Part shown: positions 1 through 10,017 of the stretch, one piece after another
Numbering within the stretch: position 1 is the stretch's first letter
How the letters are laid out: each line of letters starts with the position of its first letter
Source: an uncultured Armatimonadetes bacterium
GTDB lineage: Bacteria > Armatimonadota > Hebobacteria > Hebobacterales > Hebobacteraceae
Direction of reading: 5' to 3'
NCBI GenBank assembly: GCA_963716175.1
Contig: OY970296.1
Location: forward strand, 864,001-928,000
Length of the DNA stretch: 64,000 nt
Notes under the pieces: model-generated
Seen by the model: only the letters and a program-made list of their open reading frames with translations
The model's database searches: none
Told to the model about the DNA's origin: nothing
Program-made: the position numbers and the translations under genes

Positions 1-1586
1 TGCCCGAAAGCCTGGGCCGCGCCCGCGGCATCGCCCGCCTGTTCCGCGGCATTGCCCACGAAGAACCACGCGTCCGCATCCCGGGGATCGGCCTCCACCG
101 CCCGCTCAAACGCGGCTCGCGCTTCCGGGAAGCGCTGCTGCTGGGAGTACGACTGACCCAGGTAGAGCCAGTCGCGATTGGCCCCATGAGCGCGCGCCAC
201 GCCGTAGAGATCCGCGTTCAGCAGGGCCGCGAATCCCGCCAGCGCCACCAGGCTCAGGCCCATCGCGCCCCACCGCTGTCTCTGGGCCAGGCGCACCAGC
301 TCCGCCACGCCGACCCCGGCCAGCAGACACAGCGCGGGCACTGCGGTCATCCGATAGCGGCCGCACACGAAGAACGCGATCACCGCCACCATTTGAGTGG
401 CGACGAACAGGGTGAGCGTCCAAGCGCCTCTGCTCCGCCATCCCCCCAGCGCGATGCCCAACAGGCTGAGCGGGCCGATGATGGCGAAGCTGAAAGGCAT
501 GGCCCGCAGCAGTGAGCTATGAGCGCGTCCCCAATCATGGCTGAGGTTGTTCGGAATCTCGTAGCTCGCCCAGTACAGATACGCCTTCTTCGCCAGCAGC
601 GCGAGTGCCTGGCCGGGCTCCTTGCGCCAGAAAGCCAGGCCCCTGCCCAGCCAGTACCTGTCTTGCTGCTGATAGTTACGCGCGCCGGCTGCCATCTGCT
701 CGTACCAGGTGCGCTCCCAGGCCATCCCGGAGGGGATGGGGGAGTAACCGTCGGCCTGGGGATTGTTCCCGGTGTAGAAGTTGATCCCACCATTGTTGGA
801 GATGGGGATGAGGGTACCGGTGATAATGGCATTGCGCATGGTGATAGGGATGATCGGAAGCACGACCCCTACCACGAACACCAGCCCCAGCCGCCTCAAC
901 TCCTCCCGCGGCAGCGAGGCCCGCAGCCAGGCCGCCAGCAGCGCCAGGCCCAGCACTGCCAACAGCAGGAGGTTGCCCCGCGTCAGCCCCAACAGGCCCA
1001 GCAGCAGGCCCGTGCCAAACCACCTGGCCCCGCTGGGGCGGTCCAAGCTGCCCAGCAGCGCCAGCAGGAAGCCGGTCGCCAAGAGGGTGGCGAGCGCGGT
1101 GTCCAGCAGCTCGCCCTCCCCGAAAATGCCCGGGCCATAGAAGGCCAGCAGCAGCCCGCCCACCAGGCCCATGGCAGTCCCGAACACTCGCCGGCCTATC
1201 ACATAGGTCAGCCCGCAGGTCACCGCGCCCATCACCAGTTGCAGCAGCCGGGCGGCGAACAGGCTGGGCTCTCCGGTGCCGACCGCCAGCTTGGCCATGA
1301 CCAGGAAGTAGGCATACAGCGGAGGCTTCGCCATCACCTCGTTGTTGCCGATGCCCAGAGTCTGCAGCAGGATCTCGGCCCAAGCGTTCTGCGTGCGCGA
1401 GTCCAGGATGGGGTAGTAGAAGAACGGCCAATGGTAGATCTGGGCCAGGTAGATCGCGCGCGGCACGAGCGCGATGGCCACCAGGGCCCAGAGGTGGAAG
1501 CGCCAGTCCTTCACCAGCCGGCCCAGCCGTGAGCCCTCCGCTGCCGCCACTGGCTTTGCTTCGGCCGGAATCTGCGATTCAGCCAC
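1..1586 (-). CDS. ArnT/PMT-like (GT39-type) membrane glycosyltransferase with C-terminal TPRs, runs off the window start
   Basis: Not in the ORF track; translated by hand from GTG at 1586 after GGAGGAG: MAESQIP...ALVPRAIYLAQIYHWPFFYYPILDSRT...KPPLYAYFL, many hydrophobic helices, and an in-frame TPR near position 1 (WLYLGQSYSQQQRFPEARAAFERAVEADPRDADAWFFVG). Confidence 0.75.
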   Translation of the reverse strand, partial: MAESQIPAEAKPVAAAEGSRLGRLVKDWRFHLWALVAIALVPRAIYLAQIYHWPFFYYPILDSRTQNAWAEILLQTLGIGNNEVMAKPPLYAYFLVMAKLAVGTGEPSLFAARLLQLVMGAVTCGLTYVIGRRVFGTAMGLVGGLLLAFYGPGIFGEGELLDTALATLLATGFLLALLGSLDRPSGARWFGTGLLLGLLGLTRGNLLLLAVLGLALLAAWLRASLPREELRRLGLVFVVGVVLPIIPITMRNAIITGTLIPISNNGGINFYTGNNPQADGYSPIPSGMAWERTWYEQMAAGARNYQQQDRYWLGRGLAFWRKEPGQALALLAKKAYLYWASYEIPNNLSHDWGRAHSSLLRAMPFSFAIIGPLSLLGIALGGWRSRGAWTLTLFVATQMVAVIAFFVCGRYRMTAVPALCLLAGVGVAELVRLAQRQRWGAMGLSLVALAGFAALLNADLYGVARAHGANRDWLYLGQSYSQQQRFPEARAAFERAVEADPRDADAWFFVGNAAEQAGDAAGAAQAFG

Positions 1587-1869
1587 GCCACCACTCCTCC
1601 CCCTCCGCAGCACAGGCTCCCAGCCTGTCCGCCGAGCCTCCCGCGCCTGTCGGCGCGCTGCTCTGCCTACCAGATTCACTCCCAAGATGCTCGTTTCCTG
1701 CGCCCGCCCACGGGAGCGCTTCCGCCCAAGCTCCCGGCCGCTGCGAAGAGGAGGAGATAGGCCATTCGCGGAACGCTGGTGAGACATTCGGCGTGCGCCG
1801 GAGGCGCACGCGAGCGAGCGCCCCTTCTGGGAGGAAGCTGCGGCGAAGCCGCAGGGCTGGTCGAGCGAC

Positions 1870-2730
1870 ATGATTCTCCTCACTGGAGGCACCGGTTTCG
1901 TCGGACGTCACCTGCTCGCGCGCATGGTGGAGGCTGGGGAGCAGGTGCGCGTGTTGGCGCGCACCCGCGTTGATCTCCCGGGCGCCGAGTTCTGTCCCGG
2001 CGACGTCAGGGACCTGGCCGCAGTGGCCGCCGCCGCGCGCGACTGCCAGGTGGTGATCCATCTCGTTGGCATCATCCGCGAGCGCGGCGGGGCCAGCTAC
2101 CACCGCCTGCACGTCGGAGGAACGCGGACCGTCGTCCAGGCTTGCCAGGAAGCAGGCGTGGGACGGCTTCTCCATATGAGCGCGCTGGGCGCTGGTCCCA
2201 ACGTCCACAGCCGCTATCATCGCACCAAGTGGGAGGCGGAGGAGCTGGTGCGCGCCTCAGGCCTGGCCGCCACCATCTTCCGGCCCTCTGTCATCTTCGG
2301 CCAGGGCGGCGCCTTCCTGCCAGAGCTGCGCAAGCTGCTGCACCGGGGCCCGGTCATCCCCATCGTCGGCAACGGCCTGTCTCTGCTGCAGCCGATATGG
2401 GTCGAGGACGTGATCTCGTGCTTCGCCGGCGCGCTGGGGAAGCCGGAGACGGCGGGACAGCTCTACGAGCTAGGGGGACCCGAGGCACTTGGCTTCGAGG
2501 AACTGATTGACCTGCTCGCCCGACAGGAAGGGACCTCCAGGCCCAAAGTCCACCTCCCGGTGGTCTTGATGCGACCTGTTGTCTCCCTCCTGGGCCGGCT
2601 CTTGCCGAACTTCCCCCTCACCTCCGACCAGCTCACCATGCTGCTCGACGACAACATCTGCGATATCACCAAGATGCGAGAGACCTTCGGGGTCGAGCCC
2701 GCGCCGCTGCGAGAGCACCTGAACGATTGA
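1870..2730 (+). CDS. NAD(P)-dependent epimerase/SDR, NDUFA9-like
   Basis: N-terminal TGGTGFVG Rossmann motif, HMSALGA, YHRTKWEAE (YxxxK), RPSVIFG. Confidence 0.9.
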   Translation: MILLTGGTGFVGRHLLARMVEAGEQVRVLARTRVDLPGAEFCPGDVRDLAAVAAAARDCQVVIHLVGIIRERGGASYHRLHVGGTRTVVQACQEAGVGRLLHMSALGAGPNVHSRYHRTKWEAEELVRASGLAATIFRPSVIFGQGGAFLPELRKLLHRGPVIPIVGNGLSLLQPIWVEDVISCFAGALGKPETAGQLYELGGPEALGFEELIDLLARQEGTSRPKVHLPVVLMRPVVSLLGRLLPNFPLTSDQLTMLLDDNICDITKMRETFGVEPAPLREHLND

Positions 2731-3016
2731 GCAGGGCGGGATCAGCCGACCACGCGCTGCACGCCCTATGTCCGGTCACCTCCCAGGCCAATACGCCACG
2801 CAGGGGTCTCGGATTCTGCCAGGCCCGGCCTTTGGGTAGGCGGCAGAGGCCGAAGCTCGCGCATGCTTCGCCCTGACCCCGGAGCCCGCGGCTTCCTCCC
2901 ACCATGTCCCGATGCCATGGCAGGACTGTGCCGGTTGTTCCGCAGAAGACAGCGGTGGTGAGCGGCGCGCGACAGCGCGCAGCATTCCCAAGTGACACTT
3001 CCCTGGAGGCATCACG

Positions 3017-5062
3017 GTGAGTGAACTGCAGCCGGCCGATCCGAAGACCTATGGCCACGACCTGAAGGGCGAGCAGCTTGAGGAGCTGGCGGTCAACATC
3101 ATCCGCGGGCTGGCCATGGATGCCACCCAGAAGGCCAAGTCCGGCCACCCCGGCATGCCCATGGGCATGGCCGATGCCGCCTTCGTGTTGTGGACCAAGT
3201 TCCTGCGCGTGGCCCCCTCCGACCCCCGCTGGCCGGACCGGGACCGGTTCGTGCTCTCGGCCGGCCATGGCTCCATGCTGCTCTACTCGCTGCTGCACCT
3301 GATGGGCTACCCGATTAGCCTCGATGACCTGAAGCAGTTCCGGCAATGGGGCAGCGTCACCCCCGGCCACCCGGAGTACCACCCCGACCTGGGTGTCGAG
3401 ACCACCACGGGCCCCCTGGGCCAGGGGTTCGCCAATGGTGTTGGCATGGCCCTGGCCGAGCGCATGCTGGCCGCCACCTTCAACCGAGATGGCGAGGTGG
3501 TGATGGACCATCACACCTATGGCATCGTCAGCGACGGCGACCTGATGGAGGGGATTGCCTCAGAAGCCGCCTCCCTGGCCGGGCACCTGGGCCTGGGCCG
3601 GTTGATCTATCTCTACGACGACAACCACATCAGCATCGAGGGCGACACCGAGCTGGCCTTCACCGAGGACGTAGAGGGCCGGTTTCTGGCCTATCACTGG
3701 CACGTGCAGCGGGTCAATGGGCATGATCGCAAGGCGGTGGAAGCGGCGATCGCAGCCGCGCTGGAGGAGGACGCCCGACCCAGCCTCATCATCTGCCGCA
3801 CCCACATCGGCAAGGGCAGCCCCAACAAGCAGGACACCGCGGCCGCCCACGGCGAGCCCCTGGGGGAAGACGAGGTCAGGCTTACTAAGCAAGCGCTGGA
3901 TCTGCCTCTGGAGCCGACCTTCTTCATCCCCCAGGTGGTGCGCGACATCTTCGCCCGACGGCGGACCGAGATGGACGGGATGGCCCGCGCCTGGAGAGAG
4001 CACTTCGCGGCCTGGCAGAGGGCGCACCCCGACCTGGCCGCCCGCTGGGAGGCGCAGATGAGCCGAACGATTCCGTCCGGGCTGGCCGATCGGCTGCCGA
4101 GGTTCCAGCCCGGAAAGGAGGTCGCCACCCGCAGCGCCTCCGCGGAAGTGATCCAGGTGCTGAGCGCGGAACTGCCAGGCCTGGTGGGGGGAGCGGCAGA
4201 CCTGGCGCCTTCCACCAGGACGCTGATCAGCAAGTCCACCGACATCGCGCGGGGGCGCTATCAGGGGCGCAACCTCCGCTTCGGCGTGCGCGAGCATGCC
4301 ATGGGCGGGATGGTGAATGGGATCAGCTTGCACGGAGGCTTCATCCCCTATGGCGCCACCTTCCTCATCTTCTCGGACTACATGCGCCCCTCCATTCGCC
4401 TCGCCGCTATCATGCGCCAGCCAGTCATCTACGTCTTCACCCACGACAGCGTTTTCTTGGGGGAGGACGGACCCACCCATGAGCCCATCGAGCATCTGGC
4501 CGCGCTTCGCGCCATCCCCCACCTGACCGTGATCCGGCCCGCCGACGCCGCCGAGACCGCGGTGGCCTGGATGGCGGCCGTGGAGCGAAAGGACGGCCCC
4601 ACCGCGCTCATCCTCACCCGGCAGAACCTGCCTGTGCTGGATCGCGCCGAGCTGGCGCCGGCCGAGCTTCTGCTCCGCGGTGGGTATATACTGCGTGATG
4701 CCGCGGACCCCGAGCTGATCCTGATCGCCTCTGGCTCGGAGGTGTACGTCGCACTGGGCGCGGCCCGGCTGCTGGAGCAAGAGGGCCGCCGAGTGCGAGT
4801 GGTCAACCTGGCAAGCCGGGAGCTGTTTGAGGAGCAACCGAAGGACTACCGCAAGTCGGTGCTCCCGCCCTCGCTGCCGCGGCGCCTGGCGGTGGAGGCC
4901 GCGGCCAGCTTCGGCTGGGAGCGCTACCTGGGAGACCAGGGAGAGATGCATGGCATTGACGAGTTCGGCCACTCCGCGCCCTGGAAGGTGATTGCGGACA
5001 AGCTGGGCTTCACCGCCGAGGCCATTGCAGCCCAAGCGCGCCGCATGCTGGGCCGGGCCTGA
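3017..5062 (+). CDS. tkt: Transketolase
   Basis: [57 protein letters not shown] motifs; 681 aa; GGAGG upstream. Confidence 0.97.
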   Translation: MSELQPADPKTYGHDLKGEQLEELAVNIIRGLAMDATQKAKSGHPGMPMGMADAAFVLWTKFLRVAPSDPRWPDRDRFVLSAGHGSMLLYSLLHLMGYPISLDDLKQFRQWGSVTPGHPEYHPDLGVETTTGPLGQGFANGVGMALAERMLAATFNRDGEVVMDHHTYGIVSDGDLMEGIASEAASLAGHLGLGRLIYLYDDNHISIEGDTELAFTEDVEGRFLAYHWHVQRVNGHDRKAVEAAIAAALEEDARPSLIICRTHIGKGSPNKQDTAAAHGEPLGEDEVRLTKQALDLPLEPTFFIPQVVRDIFARRRTEMDGMARAWREHFAAWQRAHPDLAARWEAQMSRTIPSGLADRLPRFQPGKEVATRSASAEVIQVLSAELPGLVGGAADLAPSTRTLISKSTDIARGRYQGRNLRFGVREHAMGGMVNGISLHGGFIPYGATFLIFSDYMRPSIRLAAIMRQPVIYVFTHDSVFLGEDGPTHEPIEHLAALRAIPHLTVIRPADAAETAVAWMAAVERKDGPTALILTRQNLPVLDRAELAPAELLLRGGYILRDAADPELILIASGSEVYVALGAARLLEQEGRRVRVVNLASRELFEEQPKDYRKSVLPPSLPRRLAVEAAASFGWERYLGDQGEMHGIDEFGHSAPWKVIADKLGFTAEAIAAQARRMLGRA

Positions 5063-5117
5063 GCGGGCAACAACCGGCGGGCATGCTCACCCGCCTTGGA
5101 TAGCGGTAACAGCCCAC

Positions 5118-6323
5118 ATGATACTGCCTCTCGTCTGGGCCTTGCTGGCGGCGCTGGCGCTCGTGCTCTCCTGGGTGACAGGTGCGCCCGGCTTCGCCTG
5201 GGTCGGCTACCTGATGCTGGCGCTACTGGTGTTCGGAGTGGTGGCGGCGCGGCTGGGGGAACGGGGGCTGACCGCGTCCCGGCGGCTCTCCGCCGACCGC
5301 ATGTCGCTCGGCGGCCAGATAGAGGTGGAGGTACAGGTCGAGAACCGCAGCCGCCTCCCCGCGCTCTGGGTGGCGGCCGCCGAGACTCTGCCCGCGGGGC
5401 TAGCGATGACCGGGGTGCGGGGGCGGGTGGGGCCGCTGGCCGGCGGGGCGCGGTTCCACTTCCGCTACACCCTGCAGGGCGGCCGGCGCGGCTACTACCA
5501 GATCGGACCGACCGTGCTGAGGACTGGCGATCTCTTCGGATTGTCCCAGCGCGAGCATCCTGCCGGGCCGCCCTCCGGGCTGATCGTCTTCCCCGGAATC
5601 GTGGCCATCCGGCACGGCCAGCTCCCCTCGCGGCGGGTGAGCACCGACGTGCGAGCCCGGCACCGCGTGTTCGAGGACCCAGTGCAGGTGATCGGCATCC
5701 GGCCCTATCAGCACTCGGACGGATTGCGGCGCATCCACTGGCGCGCCAGCGCTCATACCGGCCAACTCCAGTCCAAGCTCTTCGAGCCCTTCGCTCAGAT
5801 CGAGACTGCCATCGCGCTCAGCCTGCGCCGCTCGGACTACCCGGCCCACCCCGTGGAAGCGGAGGAGACGGCCGAGCTGGCGATAGTCACGGCCGCCTCC
5901 GTTGCCTACCACGTGCTCGACCGGAGGCAGCGCACCGGGCTGCTGGCGGTGGGGCGCGACCCGATCACCCCGGGGATGGATGCTCCTCTGCGACTGCGCC
6001 CGGCGCGGGGCCGGGAGCAGCTGGCTGCCATTCTCTCCACCCTAGGGCGCATCTCCCTGGGCCCGGCCGGGTCCCTGGCCGCGACGCTTCAGCGGGAACG
6101 ACAGCAACTCGCCTGGGGCTCGCTGCTAGTGGTGATCACGCCCTCCGTGGACGACGACTTGTTGCGGGCGGCACTCACCTTGCGCCGTACCGGCTTCGAT
6201 GTCAGCTTCGTACTGGTGGGAAGAGCCCCCCGGCAGGCCTCCACGCAAGCTGGCCTGGAGGCGATGGGGATCAGCGCCACCCGCGTCAGGTCGGAGGTGG
6301 ACATCCGTGGGCTTGGGCTTTGA
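5118..6323 (+). CDS. DUF58 family (MoxR-associated) protein
   Basis: N-terminal TM pair, RRGYYQIGP, GDLFGL, IRPYQHSDGLRRIHWRASAHTGQLQSK signature. Confidence 0.85.
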   Translation: MILPLVWALLAALALVLSWVTGAPGFAWVGYLMLALLVFGVVAARLGERGLTASRRLSADRMSLGGQIEVEVQVENRSRLPALWVAAAETLPAGLAMTGVRGRVGPLAGGARFHFRYTLQGGRRGYYQIGPTVLRTGDLFGLSQREHPAGPPSGLIVFPGIVAIRHGQLPSRRVSTDVRARHRVFEDPVQVIGIRPYQHSDGLRRIHWRASAHTGQLQSKLFEPFAQIETAIALSLRRSDYPAHPVEAEETAELAIVTAASVAYHVLDRRQRTGLLAVGRDPITPGMDAPLRLRPARGREQLAAILSTLGRISLGPAGSLAATLQRERQQLAWGSLLVVITPSVDDDLLRAALTLRRTGFDVSFVLVGRAPRQASTQAGLEAMGISATRVRSEVDIRGLGL

Positions 6324-7792
6324 TAGCCCCCGCGCGAGCGCGGGTCCGCATCGAGCTGTGGTCGTGGGCCTCCTGGCTGGTGCTCTGCATCATCTCCTAT
6401 CCCGCCGTGGCCGCGGCCCGGGTGGCGCCCTGGGCCGGGCTGATCGGGGGCCTCTCGGCAGGGGCCTTCCTCGTCGCCACCGCGGGGTTGGGGTACGCCG
6501 GGCACCGCGCCCTGGAGCGATGGCCGCGGGCGGTGCTGATCGCGCTGGCGGCGGCCGCGGCCGTGGTTTCGGCGGCCGTGTTCGGGGACGATGCCGACTG
6601 GCCAGTCGCGCTGCTGCTGGCCGCCGCCGCGTGGGCGGAGATCGTCTTCACCTGGTACTTCCTCCCCGCCATCGTGCGGGAGGCGGAGACCTCCGGCGCG
6701 CGCTCTCGCTCGAGGCTGCAGCTCCTCCCCGCCGCCGGCCGCGGCGCCGTAGGAGCGGCGCCGGCCTTGGGTCTGGCGCTCCTGCTGGGCCTGCTCTTGC
6801 TCGGCCTGGGATCAGTCTGGCGAAGAGGAGAAGCGTGGGCGCCGGACCCAACGCCCTGGTTGGTCCTCCTCATCCTGCTCGCTCTGGGCCTCATGTTCGT
6901 CGAGCGCATGACCTTCTTCGAACGCTCCGCCCGGGAGGGAAACCTGATCGTGCCGGTGGGCGCGTTTCGGCGCTGGGTGAGCGCTGGGCTGTTGCTGCTG
7001 GCGGCGGCCGCGCTCCTCGCCCTGGCCGCGCCCTGGAAGAGTGGCCCGGAGCTGGCCCGACTCCGCAGGGCGGGCAGCGCGCTCGCACCCGCGGCGCCGG
7101 CAGGACCAGGCCATGCGCTGGCCGGAGGCCAGACAGCCGCGGGCGCAGTGGCGGCCGCGGTTCGTGAGCTGCCCGCGGGGGCGCCTCATCGCCTCGCTCT
7201 CTTGCTGCTCCTGCTCCTGGTGCTCGCCGCCCTGATTCTGATCTGGGGCTTCTCGCGCACCCGGGCCGCGCGGTGGTTCCTGGCTGTCATCGGTGCCGCG
7301 CTCGCTCCCATTCTGCCAGCTTGCAAGCGGTTCCTGGCTGCCCTCTGGCGCTGGCTCTTCCCCGCGACAGAGCAGCCGGTGCCGATGCCAGGGCCTGCCC
7401 CCGATGACACGGCCGACCCGTTCCGCGATGTCTTCGATGACCCCGAATCGCTGAGACTGCTCTCCCCTCGCGAAGTGCTGATCCGCACCTATCATCTGCT
7501 GCTCAACTTCGCCGAGATGCTGGGCCATGGCCGGACGATCGGGCAGACGCCATTCGAATACGCGCTGGCGCTGGAGCGGGCCGCGCCGCAGGCCAGGGAC
7601 GCGGTGCGGGCGCTGACCTGGGGATACGCGGGGGCGATGTATGCAGAGAGGGGCACTGCCCTGCTTGACCCCAGTGCCGTACGGCTGGCCTGGCGCCAGC
7701 TCGCAGACGCGCTCAAAGCGGATCTGACGCCCGAGGATTTCTCCCTGCGCCGCCGCGCCTATCTCGCCGCGCGGAAGCTGGAAGGAAGATAA
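6320..7792 (+). CDS. Polytopic membrane protein with C-terminal DUF4129-like domain
   Basis: TTG overlapping the DUF58 stop (TTGA); many TM helices; C-terminal YHLLL...GQTPFEYA...LTWGYAGAMY motif. The longer ORF-track start at 5096 is a shadow extension. Confidence 0.7.
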   Translation: MIAPARARVRIELWSWASWLVLCIISYPAVAAARVAPWAGLIGGLSAGAFLVATAGLGYAGHRALERWPRAVLIALAAAAAVVSAAVFGDDADWPVALLLAAAAWAEIVFTWYFLPAIVREAETSGARSRSRLQLLPAAGRGAVGAAPALGLALLLGLLLLGLGSVWRRGEAWAPDPTPWLVLLILLALGLMFVERMTFFERSAREGNLIVPVGAFRRWVSAGLLLLAAAALLALAAPWKSGPELARLRRAGSALAPAAPAGPGHALAGGQTAAGAVAAAVRELPAGAPHRLALLLLLLLVLAALILIWGFSRTRAARWFLAVIGAALAPILPACKRFLAALWRWLFPATEQPVPMPGPAPDDTADPFRDVFDDPESLRLLSPREVLIRTYHLLLNFAEMLGHGRTIGQTPFEYALALERAAPQARDAVRALTWGYAGAMYAERGTALLDPSAVRLAWRQLADALKADLTPEDFSLRRRAYLAARKLEGR

Positions 7793-7796
7793 GGGC

Positions 7797-8237
7797 TCAA
7801 GCGTTCATCCGCCAGATGGCGAAGTTGAGCCCGGCGGCGAAGCTGACCCAAAGCAGGTAGGGCAGAAGCAGCACGCCGCCTAGTGGGGTCACGCGCCAGA
7901 AGCTGGCCAGAGTGGCCAGAAGAGCCAGCCAGAGCACGATGATCTCGGCGAAGGCAAGCCCAGGCCGATGCAGCCCGAAGAAGATGCCTGACCAGGCCAC
8001 ATTCAGGACAAGCTGGGCCAGGAACAGGCCGAGGGGTAAGCCGGAGGCGACGATCCCGGCCCTACGCCAGACCAACCAGGCCGAGACTCCCATCAGCAGG
8101 TAGAGCAGCGACCACACCGGGCCGAAGACCCAGTTCGGTGGCGTCCAGGCCGGTTTGCTGAGCCGCGCGTACCACTCGGGGATGGAGGGCGCGGTGAAAT
8201 GCGACCCGGCTCCGGCCGCGCCGAAGCAGATCGCCAC
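7797..8237 (-). CDS. tspO: TspO/MBR family tryptophan-rich sensory protein
   Basis: WYARLSKPAWTPPNWVFGPVWSLLY, LNVAWSGIFFG, PYLLWVSFA. Start uncertain: in-frame sense codons continue to about 8279, then TGA. Confidence 0.9.
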   Translation of the reverse strand: MAICFGAAGAGSHFTAPSIPEWYARLSKPAWTPPNWVFGPVWSLLYLLMGVSAWLVWRRAGIVASGLPLGLFLAQLVLNVAWSGIFFGLHRPGLAFAEIIVLWLALLATLASFWRVTPLGGVLLLPYLLWVSFAAGLNFAIWRMNA

Positions 8238-8390
8238 CCAGATTAGCAGGCCAATGACGGAACGCAGGGCCTTTTCCCCTCACCTCGGTACCACAACCCG
8301 CCGGACGGACGGAGCATCGAGCCACCCCCTGTTCCACAGGCCCAACCCGCAGGCGCGCGGGGGTATGTCCGCCCTACAGGACCAACCTCG

Positions 8391-8597
8391 CTATTTGAGG
8401 TCCGCGGTCAGCGGCACAAAAGTGTAGCCGCGGGCCTTGATGCCCTGCACCAGCTCTTGCAGATAGGGCAGATCGTAGAAGGGGTGGAAGTAGAAGCCCG
8501 CCCATCCATCGCGCACCGCCAGGTTCTTGTCGGCGGCGCGCAGGTGTGCGGCCATTGTGCGTGGGCCGGGTTCCGGCGACCCGCTCTTCGCGATCAC
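8391..8597 (-). pseudogene. C-terminal fragment of a DUF2334/polysaccharide deacetylase-like protein
   Basis: VRDGWAGFYFHPFYDLPYLQELVQGIKARGYTFV resembles the last strand and helix of DUF2334/NodB barrels; only 68 aa, bounded by REP-like elements. Confidence 0.55.
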
Positions 8598-8603
8598 ACC
8601 GCC

Positions 8604-9707
8604 CTACGGGCTTTTCCGGCTGATGCGCTGGGCATGAGCTACCGCCTGGACTAAAGTCTCAGGTTCGATCCCCGCGTAGGCCTCGCCGCCCACCCCGAAA
8701 ATGTAGCCTCCCCCCGGCGCCCCGATCGCCACCGCCCGCTCGACCACCGGCCGCGCGGTCTCGAAATCACGGTAGAGATCTTTGCAGTTGACGCCTCCCA
8801 TCATCACTGTCTTGCCGGCCAGGGCCCGCTTCGCGGCGGCGATGTCGCTGAAACCGCCGATGTCCATCTCGGTCAGGTGCAGCTCATCCGCGTAGAGCGC
8901 GAAGAGGTGATCGTTGGGCCCGTCGGCGTGCAGGTAGCGCCCCTTGTGACCATATCTCTCGTAGATGGCGCGGTTGTAGGGAAGCACCATCTTCCGGTAC
9001 ATGTCTTCCGAGACGAAGGCGGAGTGATCATCGCATAGGCCGATGGAGGTGCGCGGGCGACCATTGATTCGATCCTGGTACTCGGCCACCCGGAAGAAGG
9101 TCTCCAGCAGCTTATCGAAGAGCTGTCTGACCACCTCCGGGCAATCGTACATCCACTGGTAGATGCGCTCCGGCCCGGCGAGCGCGCAGGCCGCGGAGAG
9201 CGGAGGATGAATGCCGAAGCCGCCGGAGACCGGGACCTGAATCTCCCGCCGCTTGGCGATCTCGCGCATCTTCTCCAGCTCGCCATAGACCCACTGCACC
9301 CCCGGGTTCGTGGCGGGGTCGGGGATGGCGAGCTTCTCCACCTCAGCGGGATCCTTGAGCAGGTGTTTGCTCCAGGGTGAAGTGCCGCTGGGCCGCACGA
9401 TCTCGGCCCCGAAGAGCAGACCTTCAGCGATGGGCCCGAAGTCCAGACCCAGCCCGAAGTAAGTGCGATCGTCTCCCAGCTCCTGCCAGGCCCACTGCTC
9501 GCCGCGGAGCTGGACCTCGATATTCAGCTCCCGGTCCTGCATGTACTCGGCGATGTCGTAGCCGAAGAGGGAGCAGTAGAAGCTGCCGCCGACCGCGATC
9601 TCGACTGGGACCTGGTCGCTCTCCTCGAACCTGCGAGCGGCCGCCAGCCTCCGCTCAGACTGCGCGATCCGGTCCCGATAGCGCTCGTAGTCGAAGGTGA
9701 AGGGCAT
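8604..9707 (-). CDS. Uroporphyrinogen decarboxylase (UroD/MtaA-like) family protein
   Basis: LDFGPIAEGLLFGA, PPLSAACALAG, LCDDHSAFVS...YRKMVLPY, YLHADG, GAPGGGYIF pattern. Confidence 0.85.
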   Translation of the reverse strand: MPFTFDYERYRDRIAQSERRLAAARRFEESDQVPVEIAVGGSFYCSLFGYDIAEYMQDRELNIEVQLRGEQWAWQELGDDRTYFGLGLDFGPIAEGLLFGAEIVRPSGTSPWSKHLLKDPAEVEKLAIPDPATNPGVQWVYGELEKMREIAKRREIQVPVSGGFGIHPPLSAACALAGPERIYQWMYDCPEVVRQLFDKLLETFFRVAEYQDRINGRPRTSIGLCDDHSAFVSEDMYRKMVLPYNRAIYERYGHKGRYLHADGPNDHLFALYADELHLTEMDIGGFSDIAAAKRALAGKTVMMGGVNCKDLYRDFETARPVVERAVAIGAPGGGYIFGVGGEAYAGIEPETLVQAVAHAQRISRKSP

Positions 9708-9843
9708 GTGCGCTTCTCCGGGAGAGCCTTTCGGCATCGCGGGGTAGTTCACCTAGCAGGAGAGAGCCGCGCCAGCCGCGCAGGTCATCCCTGGCGACCA
9801 GTAGCATGTTGGGCAGGAGCTTGCCTCCTGCCCAACCGGCCCT

Positions 9844-9983
9844 CCACCGATAGACGCCGATGGACACCGATGGGGTCCCTGTAGGGCGGGTATCCGCCCG
9901 CCGGTCCTGCGAAGCCTTGGCGGAGCAGGAAGGCGGATACCCGCCGGCCGTTTCATCCGCGTCCATCTGTGTTCATCTGTGGC
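9844..9983. repeat. Nested palindromic REP-like repeat cluster
   Basis: Outer 9-10 bp tandem units (CACCGATAGACGCCGATGGACACCGAT ... TCATCCGCGTCCATCTGTGTTCATCTGTGG) flank GTAGGGCGGGTATCCGCC...GGCGGATACCCGCC, which encloses CCTGCGAAGCCTTGGCGGAGCAGG. Confidence 0.7.
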
Positions 9984-10017
9984 AATAGCCTGTGCCGCGA
10001 TAACCCCGCCGCCCGGC

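Noticed and set aside
519-1532. Long plus-strand ORF and the many similar antisense ORFs in the track
   Set aside because: These are antisense shadows of real genes in GC-rich sequence, with no recognisable motifs.
5096-6319. N-terminal 400 aa of the 898-aa ORF
   Set aside because: Arg/Gly/Ala-rich shadow frame overlapping the DUF58 gene, typical of high-GC DNA.
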